This document shows, piece after piece, positions 19,760 to 27,796 of a stretch of 32,000 bases of DNA (positions are counted from its first letter, which is position 1; every line of letters begins with the position of its first letter). This stretch comes from Candidatus Saccharimonadota bacterium. Lineage in GTDB: Bacteria > Patescibacteriota > Gracilibacteria > Absconditabacterales > Absconditicoccaceae. The translations under genes and the position numbers were made by a program. Under the pieces are notes generated by a model that saw only the letters and a program-made list of their open reading frames with translations, did no database searches and was not told the origin of the DNA. The stretch lies in NCBI GenBank assembly GCA_965231145.1, contig OZ246420.1, positions 450,001-482,000 of the forward strand, written 5' to 3'.

Positions 19760-20971
19760 CTACTTTCCTCCGTTCATAAGTCTTTTTCTCATGAATGGTG
19801 GAGTTTCGAAATCCTGCTGTGGTTGCTGTGGAGCTTCCATAGCAGATGTGGCAGGAGTGTTGTCTCTTGCCGTGTTAAGCTCTCTTGATACAAAGTCTTC
19901 ACTTCTTGTCGGTCTTGCTGATCCCATAAATCCACTTGTCGATCTCATTCCAGTATATTTGCTTCCTGACATCTCTCTAAGTGATCCTCCCTTAATCATA
20001 ACCTCCTGATTAGAGTCAGAGAACCCAGTTGCGATGATCGTTACTTTCACTTCACCCTGGTATGCTTCATCGATAGACATTCCCCAAATGATGTTTGCTT
20101 CAGGGTCTGCGATCTCTTCTACGATACGAGCTGCTTCTTGTACTTCGATAGGAGTAAGGTCATCACCACCAGTTACGGCGAAGATAACGTTCTTAGCTCC
20201 AGCAAGATGAGACTCAAGAAGTGGGTTGTCGATGGCGCGTCTTGCAGCTTCTACTGCTCTACTTTCACCATCTCCGTATCCGATACCAAGAAGTGCTGTT
20301 CCAGAACTTTGCATGATACGCTTGATATCTGCGAAGTCGATATTGATGAGACCTGGCTTGATAACGAGGTCAGTAATACCCTGTACACCGAGTGTCAGGA
20401 TCTTGTCGATCATAGAAAATGCCTGTTTGAATGTTGTTTTCTTATCAACGATATTGAAGATTTTGTCGTTCGGGATGATGATAAGTGTATCAACATTGTT
20501 CTTCAATCTTTCAAGACCGTCGATAGAGTTAATAAATCTCTGCTTCCCTTCAAATGAGAATGGCTTTGTAACAACAGCTACTGTAAGGATACCCATTTCC
20601 TTTGCGATTTGCGCGATAACAGGTGCTCCACCAGTACCAGTTCCACCTCCCATGCCAGCTGAGATGAACACCATGTCAGCATCCTTAAGCATATGCTTGA
20701 TGCTTTCTACGTCTTCTTCAGCAGCCTTTCTTCCGATATCAGGATTTGCTCCTGCACCGAGACCCTTTGTAAGGTTAAGACCGATATTTACTTTATGAGG
20801 TGCAAGGCTATTTACAAGCTGCTGAGCATCTGTATTTACTGAGATGAACTCTACACCTTGGATACCTTCACCGATCATGCGGTTTACTGCATTCACTCCA
20901 GCTCCACCAACACCAATCACCTTGATACGTGCGCCTGGGATAAATTCTGGATTAATTTCCTGTATTACCAT
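19760..20971 (-). CDS. ftsZ: Cell division GTPase FtsZ (403 aa)
   Basis: GVGGAGVNAV, GGGTGTGGAP and NIDFAD are present. No in-frame TGA. TAG stop. Confidence 0.95.
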   Translation of the reverse strand: MVIQEINPEFIPGARIKVIGVGGAGVNAVNRMIGEGIQGVEFISVNTDAQQLVNSLAPHKVNIGLNLTKGLGAGANPDIGRKAAEEDVESIKHMLKDADMVFISAGMGGGTGTGGAPVIAQIAKEMGILTVAVVTKPFSFEGKQRFINSIDGLERLKNNVDTLIIIPNDKIFNIVDKKTTFKQAFSMIDKILTLGVQGITDLVIKPGLINIDFADIKRIMQSSGTALLGIGYGDGESRAVEAARRAIDNPLLESHLAGAKNVIFAVTGGDDLTPIEVQEAARIVEEIADPEANIIWGMSIDEAYQGEVKVTIIATGFSDSNQEVMIKGGSLREMSGSKYTGMRSTSGFMGSARPTRSEDFVSRELNTARDNTPATSAMEAPQQPQQDFETPPFMRKRLMNGGK

Positions 20972-21007
20972 TGTCCATAAGATTACAAAGTTAAAGATTC
21001 AATGCTT

Positions 21008-21066
21008 GATACAGATACAGATGACAGATACAGTAGTTAGCGTATCGGTATCTTGTATCAGTATCT
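21008..21066. repeat. GATAC-word element (family B, copy 1)
   Basis: gatacagatacagatgacagatac-N16-gtatcttgtatcagtatct. Both arms are identical to those at 30018-30067. Confidence 0.7.
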
Positions 21067-21097
21067 TTTTTAAAAGTAAGTGAGTATGTAAGTTTTG

Positions 21098-22297
21098 TTA
21101 GAAGACATTTTTGATCCATTCCCATATCTTTGAGAGCCAATTTGTGCCCGCGCCGATATTGAAGTTCAGGTTGAGATTTTTAAATAGTCCTTTTTTCCCT
21201 TCATAATATTTTTCTGACCACGTATAGATACCGATAAGGTTTGTGAACTGTGGATTGAGCGAGAGCTCTCCAAGGTTCATTACCCTGTCTTTTCCATAGT
21301 GAGTCACGAGCTTAAAGATTGTCTTTCCAAATATATCAAGGTTTTTCATCTTAGCTCCTCCTCCTATAAGGATGATACCTCATGGTAATCTTCCTTCTCT
21401 TTCGATTTCTCCAAGTTTCTGATTAACGAGTTCAAATATTTGCTCATATCTTGCACCGATGATTTCTGATAAGAAGCCAACGTCGATCTGTGTTTCCTGT
21501 AAGTTTTTTTCTGGAGCGAGAAGAAGCCCATTGTTCTTTTTCATTTCTTCTGCCTCCTTGATGTCAACCTGCATACCGAGTGATATGTCTCTTGTTACAT
21601 CCTCACCTCCAACTGGTAATGTGCCATATGACAGAGGATTTCCTTCTTCGTAGACTACGAAGCTTGTATGATTTGCCCCAATGTCGATAAGAGCTACACC
21701 AAGGTCTCTCATATCGAAGTCGAGTGCAACTTCACTTGCTCCAAGTATGTTCGGTATGATATCAACAACGTTAAGGTTCAGTTTATCAAATATTTCGATG
21801 AGGTTATTATAGAAATTTCTTGGTATCATGAACACATCTGCTACAAGCTCAAGTTTTTTTGCCTGTAGGCCGAGTGGGTCCTTCTCTCTCTTATTGTCAT
21901 CTATTAATCGATAGACAGGCATGATCTTAAGTGTTTCATAGTTTGCATGTCCGCTGATTTCACTGACGATTCTTGAAAGGTGCTGGATGTCATCATTAGT
22001 GATCCTGTCACTCATGATTCTCTTTTGTTCCTGTATTCTGGTAACAAGCATCTCAGGATGAGAAACTCCAATGAATACCTGCTCGAGAAAATCACCTCCA
22101 AGCTTCTTATGAAATCCATCTATGATGTTGCTCATCGACAGCATGAGGTCGTCCATATCAAGCACTTTACCTTTGCGAAGACCTTTTGTCTTTACAATTT
22201 CCTTAGCAAGGATGAGTTGTTTTCCATCATCTTTACCAAAGAGAGCTGCTTTTATGTACCCATTGCCTATGTCAAAGATTGCTTTTAGTTCCTGCAT
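21098..22297 (-). CDS. ftsA: Cell division protein FtsA (399 aa)
   Basis: Track ORFs 21380-22297 and 21098-21349 are joined by the TGA at 21380, inside LP-G-GIILIGGGAK. The actin-fold motifs DIGNGYIK and LIDIGANHTS are present. Confidence 0.9.
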
Positions 22298-22653
22298 ATC
22301 ACCTCAGCTGATTAGTAGATGTAAAATAGATTAGTCATTATTTATAGAAAGGCTTTATCATTACAAGAAGATGAAAAACAATACTGATAGCTTATAGTTA
22401 TCAGTTGATATTTTGCTATATAACCGATGGTTATATGGTTTAAAATTGATGATATGATAGAATAAATATATTTCGATAAATAATATTTATGGTTATCGCC
22501 ATTTATGAGGTAGGTCCTTAAAATAAAATACAAAAAAATACCAGTCATTTATCTCATAGATTTCCATATTTTTATGAGATTTTTAAAAAAAGAACGCATA
22601 TTACTGCATTCTTATGATATTTCATTTTGTTCTTTGATTTCTGAATTATGTAT

Positions 22654-23517
22654 TTAGTTGATATTCCCCCCCTGCCATACAGCACACTTTTTTTCTGTTC
22701 CATATTGTGAACACTTCTGGAGGAACATATCGCTTACCCTGGTATCAAAGAATATTCTATGACTTTCTTTACATTGTACTGCTGTATTACATGTTCGGAA
22801 TGTGATCGCACCTGTATTAACATCTGCGAGTGCTCATGAAAACCATTGTGATGGTTGGATAAGCATTTTTCTCGCATTTATAGATGCCGAGTTTTGAAAT
22901 CCTACGCGGAGCGCGGTAGTGTTTGGATATGCACTTGAGATAGTATACGTGACAAAGAACTCAGCATTTGCACACCCTTTGACAGGGGTATATTCTGGTG
23001 AAAGTGGATAGTTGATTCACCATACGGGTAGATATAAGATACCATAGACATCTCCTGTGAGATCCAGAGGCTCATCTATATCCCCTGTTCCTCTGTACAG
23101 ATATGCCCAGGAAGTAATATTTGAAGAACGAAGTGCTTCACCATCATAACTGCCAAGAACGCTAAGATTGGATGGCGTTTCCCTGAGAGCTTGAACAATT
23201 CAGGAAGCATTTTCTACATTTACGATAAACTGAGGGTCGCTATATTTGCTAGGAGTTCTCAAAACGATGTTATATCGATCAGGAGTCTCTATATTGTTTC
23301 CTCCAGAGAGAAAGAGCCCTGAAAGAGTTCTTGTCCTTCATAGAAGCGCGGCATTACTGATTTCTCTCAGATTATAGAACATATTGTTTATGCAACTTTC
23401 CCCTGCATAGTAGATCTTATTTTCATTTGAAAAATACTGTCTGCTCATCAGGAACATGATGCTCAGTATGGCCATAACAATCATAAACTCCACGATCGTG
23501 AATGCGGGTTTTTTCAT
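22654..23517 (-). CDS. Type IV pilin-like protein (287 aa)
   Basis: MKKPAFTIVEFMIVMAILSIMFL is a prepilin-type N-terminal cleavage/methylation segment. The frame continues through TGAs at 23338, 23200, 23017 and 22834 to the TAA at 22654. I checked it triplet by triplet. Confidence 0.7.
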
Positions 23518-23584
23518 TACATAACATAAAACATAAAACTTAAACCTCAAAACTAGATTTTAGTTTTAAGTCTTCGGGTTTTAG
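23518..23584. repeat. Word-repeat imperfect palindrome (aaaac / gtttt words)
   Basis: Sequence is acataacataaaacataaaacttaaacctcaaaactagattttagttttaagtcttcgggttttag. It fills the whole dnaN-pilin spacer. Confidence 0.55.
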
Positions 23585-24727
23585 TTATTTCACCAGTGGT
23601 CTGATCACATACTTATAATTAGCATCGTCTTTGTCCATAAAGATGACAGGTTTTTCACTATTGACGATATTCATAGAAATGTCACTATTTTCTGTTGCTC
23701 TGACGAAGTCTGTGACATATTTGCCATTGAGACCGAGTATGACATCTGGTCCATCAACGATGGCTGAAAGTGTACTATTTGCTTCTCCTCTATCAGTTTC
23801 TCCTGAATTGATGAAAAGAGTGCTTGGCGAAATCTGTAGAGAAATATAATTATTGATATCTCTTGTGATGATAGAAATTTTTCTGATAGCCTTCTCTATT
23901 TGATTCTTGTCGATCATGACCTTTGTGTTGAAGCTTGTTGGCATGATGTTCTCATTTTCGTATTCCGGGAATGAACCTTGGATAAGCAGAGAGGTCATAG
24001 TAACCTGCATACCATCCAGAGATGCGCTACATGAAAGGAGGTTATCTGAAAATTTCATAGCGATCTGTTCTCCACCCTTTCCGATGAAATAATCTACTAC
24101 TTTCTTGATATCACCAATATTTGACTTAGGAATGATAACATCCATGGCTCCTGCATCACCGTGAAAATCGATCTTGTACTCGGCAAGTCTGAACGAATCA
24201 GTTCCGACGAATACGAGCTTATTACCACCTTCTGATGCTTTGAGTCTCATCAAAATACCTGTTAATACAGGAGAAAAATTCTTTTCTGTCACTGCGTATT
24301 CTACTTTCCCGATACCTTTTGAAAAGGCCTGTGCTTCAAACGTAATACTCTTATCACTTTGTACCTCCGGTACTGCAACATATTCGCTTGCAGAGATACC
24401 TTTGATCTTGAAGTCATCTGATGCAGTCTTGATAGTCATAAGATCCTTACTTCCATCGATATGGATCTGGACCTGGTCGTCATCGAGCGTCTTGATGATA
24501 TCTCCGAAAGTTCTTGCATTGACTGTCAGTGCTCCCTCATTGTCGATACTTGCAGGAATTTGTACTTCGATGTACTTTTCCATGTCCGTTGCTCTCAGTA
24601 AGAGTGTATCTATATTGCCCTTAATATATATGTTTTCCAAAATAGGCAGTGTCGAATGCTTAGAAACGAATCTTCCTACAATATCGATAATCTCCTGAAG
24701 CTGTAGAGTATTGAGGGTTACTTTCAT
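23585..24727 (-). CDS. dnaN: DNA polymerase III beta sliding clamp (380 aa)
   Basis: Full-length ORF with typical beta-clamp layout, starting MKVTLNTLQLQEII.. and ending ..YKYVIRPLVK. The SD gagaaagg precedes the ATG. No in-frame TGA. Confidence 0.9.
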   Translation of the reverse strand: MKVTLNTLQLQEIIDIVGRFVSKHSTLPILENIYIKGNIDTLLLRATDMEKYIEVQIPASIDNEGALTVNARTFGDIIKTLDDDQVQIHIDGSKDLMTIKTASDDFKIKGISASEYVAVPEVQSDKSITFEAQAFSKGIGKVEYAVTEKNFSPVLTGILMRLKASEGGNKLVFVGTDSFRLAEYKIDFHGDAGAMDVIIPKSNIGDIKKVVDYFIGKGGEQIAMKFSDNLLSCSASLDGMQVTMTSLLIQGSFPEYENENIMPTSFNTKVMIDKNQIEKAIRKISIITRDINNYISLQISPSTLFINSGETDRGEANSTLSAIVDGPDVILGLNGKYVTDFVRATENSDISMNIVNSEKPVIFMDKDDANYKYVIRPLVK

Positions 24728-24737
24728 CCTTTCTCAT

Positions 24738-24839
24738 GTATAAAGTAATAAAGTATAATAGTTTGGCAATTAGATATTGGATTTTAGATATTAGCACGAT
24801 GCTATAATCTACCATCTATAATCTATAATCTGATTGCTG
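24738..24839. repeat. Word-repeat imperfect palindrome (tagatatt / ataatcta words)
   Basis: Left arm ggcaattagatattggattttagatattagca, centre cgat, right arm gctataatctaccatctataatctataatctgattgctg. It shares the 14-mer tgctataatctacc with 179-192. Confidence 0.55.
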
Positions 24840-24854
24840 TATATGTTTATTAGT

Positions 24855-25559
24855 TTATTTGCCGTAATTTCTTTTGTCTGCGACCTCATTGAACCATTGT
24901 AGTGCAATATCTATGTCTGCAGGTCCAAATGCTGGATACGTCTTTGGTGTAAAGTAGAGCTCTGCATAGCCTATCCGTCGAGCCATAAAGCCAGATGTTC
25001 TTTGTGCTTCATCTCCTTTTGTTCTTATAACCATTTCTACAGGAGGTAGATGACCCAAGTCCATAGATTTGCTCAATACTTCTTCATTGATACTACTGGT
25101 CTCCTGACCAGATGCTAGCATCTTTTTTATGCCTCTTATTATTTCGTCTCTTCCTCCATAGTTTATAGCAAATACCGAATATCTCTCTGACTCGGGAAAT
25201 GAGAAGTTTTTTTCCTTTTTATCAAGGAACTCTTTGAAATCATCAGGTATCCCCTCAGGATTTCCTATCCATTTGAAGTTTATATGGTTTTCAGCAAGAA
25301 ACTCATCTAAGTCGTTCCCAATAACCTTGTAGATACTAAAGATGAATTCTAATTCTGCAGTCGATCTTTTCTGAAGGTTTTCTGTGCTTAAGAACCACCC
25401 TGTTACTACTTTTACTTCTGTTGTGCTGAATATGTGCTTAAACAGGTCTATGGTGTTCTTTGCTCCGGCAAAATGCCCATCCATTGGTGTCATTCACTCA
25501 TTCTTTGCTCGTGTTCTGTTTCCGTCTGCGATGACAGCGAGATGCTTTGGATATATCAT
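24855..25559 (-). CDS. uppS: Undecaprenyl-diphosphate synthase (234 aa)
   Basis: HLAVIADGNRTRAKNE-G-MTPMDGH (TGA at 25494), FLSTENLQKRS, INYGGRDEI, and RTSGF near the C-terminus. Confidence 0.85.
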
Positions 25560-25622
25560 GCTTTCTTCATAACTAGTGCTTAAAAGCTCCGATTAACTCA
25601 ATTTTTGATATTGTGTATGAGT

Positions 25623-26462
25623 TTATGAACCCTCAACTGTGTAATGATCTTTATAGTAGTTGATGCATTTACTCAGTATAAGATTGAGTTTCTCCATGCT
25701 TGCGAGATCTTTTTTATCGATAACTAATTTCAGACTTACATATCCCTCATAATTTGCATGAGAAAGTTTTCTCATAAGCGATGGAATGTTGAGAACTCCT
25801 TCTCCTGGACTAACATGAGACTGATCGTATTTTGTCTTATCCGAAAGATAGAGCGTTGAGATATAAGGAACATAGTTATTGATGTTTCTGAGCAAAGCTC
25901 CTTCAAACTCCTCTTCTTCCATATTTGAAATATCCAAACCAAGATATGCATGATAGATCTTGATGATCTTGATGATGCTATTGAAACGATATTTTGGCAA
26001 TGCGAGCAAGATGGTTCCCTTTTCTGGATTGATGATTGAAAATTTGATCCCGGGATTAGCCTTTTTATATGTTTCCAGATTATCTACGACAAATTTATAT
26101 GCTTTGATATTGAAAAAGCTTGGTGGATTGATGGTGATGGTGTTTACCCCAAGTAAACCTGCAAGGTCAAGAGCCTGATTCATCTCTTTTACATTGAGAT
26201 CTTTAGATGTCTGGATAACTTTTACTGGAAGCCCATACTTCTCTACAAGTCTTTTTACGTATTCGATATTCCAGCTGTCGAAATTTTTCCAGATCGCGAG
26301 ATCTATTCCGTCAAATCCATTTTGCTTCGCAAGCTCGAAAATAAGGTCGAGCCCATATCCTGTTAGTGTATCAGTACTCAAGAGAAATGGAGGTATTTTC
26401 TGCTCTGCCATGTAACGTCGAAAAACAGTAAAAGTTTCGTTTAATCTATCTAATATTGCCAC
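25623..26462 (-). CDS. Sugar-phosphate isomerase/epimerase-like TIM-barrel protein (279 aa)
   Basis: NGFDGIDLAIW and SPGEGVLNIPSLMRKLSHANYEGYVSLKL resemble the xylose-isomerase-like TIM-barrel family. GTG start. Confidence 0.6.
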   Translation of the reverse strand: MAILDRLNETFTVFRRYMAEQKIPPFLLSTDTLTGYGLDLIFELAKQNGFDGIDLAIWKNFDSWNIEYVKRLVEKYGLPVKVIQTSKDLNVKEMNQALDLAGLLGVNTITINPPSFFNIKAYKFVVDNLETYKKANPGIKFSIINPEKGTILLALPKYRFNSIIKIIKIYHAYLGLDISNMEEEEFEGALLRNINNYVPYISTLYLSDKTKYDQSHVSPGEGVLNIPSLMRKLSHANYEGYVSLKLVIDKKDLASMEKLNLILSKCINYYKDHYTVEGS

Positions 26463-26469
26463 TAGTTCA

Positions 26470-26563
26470 ATAGGAAAACGTCATAAAAGTTCATAAAGTG
26501 GAAGGTTTATAAAGTTGAAAGTTCAAAGGAATTTTAACTTTATACTTTACAAACTTTATGAAC
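26470..26563. repeat. Word-repeat imperfect palindrome (cataaagt / actttat words) overlapping the priA-N stop codon
   Basis: The 11-nt arm gttcataaagt (26489-26499) is a perfect inverted repeat of actttatgaac (26553-26563). The latter contains the TAA that ends the priA N-terminal piece. Confidence 0.6.
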
Positions 26564-27359
26564 TAAATATTTGTACTCCGGTCATTTCGAGTCTCGCCTC
26601 ATGTAATTGGGCAATTTTTTTCATAATTTCGCGTGTATCGTAGCGAGGATCTTGCTGGCTTTTATAGTATCGTTGGTGACTATCCATAAGCGTAATGAGT
26701 TTAAGATCTTTTCGATCCTGAAATACCTGAGATGATGTACAAATAAGTGTATTTACATGACCCATTTTGATTCCCCATCGAGCTTTGTCTTTCTGCTGCT
26801 GTGTCGAAGTGCTGTTGAGTATGACAATGCCTGATTTTTCAACTATTCCTCGCTTTTCGAGCGTGTTTATCATAGTTCGGACGTCAGGGAAGACGATAAG
26901 TTGTTGTCCCTCCATATTATTTTGAATTTTGAATTCTATATTTTGAATTATTTTTGTATCTGTATCTTGTATCTGTATCTTAGGGAAAAAAGGCTTCTTT
27001 TTGACCGTAAGTTCTTTCTTAAATAAGTCTGCTAATTCTCCTGTTACAAATAACTTTACGACATTTTTATAAGATGTATAATACTCCTTCACCATTCGTC
27101 TTATCAATTCTACAGTTTCTTTGCTGAGAAATCATTTATGATGCAAGGTTAGCTCTTCAGTAATTTTCGATTTCGGAGTCAATTCTGCTCTCTGCTCTTT
27201 GAATTTTGATTTCCCCTCATTTCCTCGTTTCCTCGTTTCCTCGATAACAAGAAACATATCGTGAGAGCCAACTAATAAGTCTCACACCAAAAAATTATCT
27301 TGGTCTGTTCGACAAAGCTTATCTCCGCCATATCGTCACTGGAAGGCGTATAATAACAT
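26556..27359 (-). CDS. priA: Primosomal protein N-prime (PriA), N-terminal piece only (267 aa), helicase motifs degenerate
   Basis: Track ORF 26556-27107 extends upstream through TGAs at 27132, 27282 and 27336 to the ATG at 27357-27359. LIRRMVKEYYTSY and QQLIVFPDV...RWGIKMGHVNTLICTSSQVF...LMDSHQRYYKSQQDPRYDTRE follow the PriA pattern. There is no GxGKT, and DEEH is replaced by MDSH. The ORF stops where the 3701-4741 piece begins. Confidence 0.65.
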
Positions 27360-27364
27360 ACTTA

Positions 27365-27472
27365 CTTAAAATGGTGTAAAATGGTGTAATACTTCGTGTG
27401 TAACAATAGTGTAATATTGATATGTGACTATGTTACACAATCATTACACGATATTACACAGATTGTGTGTCA
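27365..27472. repeat. Long word-repeat palindrome (four gtgtaa words, then four ttacac words)
   Basis: Sequence is ggtgtaaaatggtgtaatacttcgtgtgtaacaatagtgtaatattgatatgtgactatgttacacaatcattacacgatattacacagattgtgtgt. It can fold as a long imperfect hairpin. Confidence 0.65.
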
Positions 27473-27678
27473 TGAGGCTTAAGTGCTTCTAAGTCTTCAA
27501 TAGGCTCTGCTTTCGCTTCATCAATAATTCCTTGTAACTCTTTTGGCGCATCAGCAAACATCTCTTTGAGTCTGAGCTCTCTTATATGTCTTGCCTTCTC
27601 CTCTTCCACGCTTTCGTGGTCTGCTACCTGGAGACTAAGATCTTCTTCCTGGATGGTCATACCATATGCATTATACAA
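27454..27678 (-). CDS. Doubtful small acidic ORF (74 aa from a TTG)
   Basis: There is no convincing start or SD. The only in-frame ATG is at MTIQEED. The last codons are encoded by the palindromic element. Confidence 0.3.
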   Translation of the reverse strand: MYNAYGMTIQEEDLSLQVADHESVEEEKARHIRELRLKEMFADAPKELQGIIDEAKAEPIEDLEALKPHDTQSV

Positions 27679-27796
27679 TAAATGCGCATAAAATGCTTGC
27701 TTTTGACTATAGGATTTTCCTTTGCTAATACCATAGTTTTCATACGAAAAAATCCTAGCCGAAACTAGAATTTCTCATTAGTTTGATCGTATAAAT

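Noticed and set aside
20226-20798. Long antisense ORFs in the track: 20226-20798 and 20138-20557 opposite ftsZ, 24174-24698 opposite dnaN, 3668-4162 and 3840-4175 opposite the priA C-terminal piece, 12421-12678 opposite smpB, and 5371-5751 opposite the 355-aa orphan.
   Set aside because: They are shadow ORFs on the strand opposite well-supported genes. They have low-complexity or hydrophobic artefact sequences and no start or SD context.
22298-22653. Replication origin next to dnaN, in either the AT-rich 356-nt tract or the 24728-24854 spacer.
   Set aside because: I found no cluster of TTATCCACA-like DnaA boxes by eye. dnaA is not adjacent, since uppS lies upstream of dnaN. AT-richness alone is not evidence of an origin, so this remains unproven.
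27454-27796. Extension of the small acidic ORF upstream to 27777 in table 25, as a larger gene.
   Set aside because: The frame is open, but it has no ATG, GTG or TTG with an SD before 27678 and no recognisable domain. It is kept only as a low-confidence feature.
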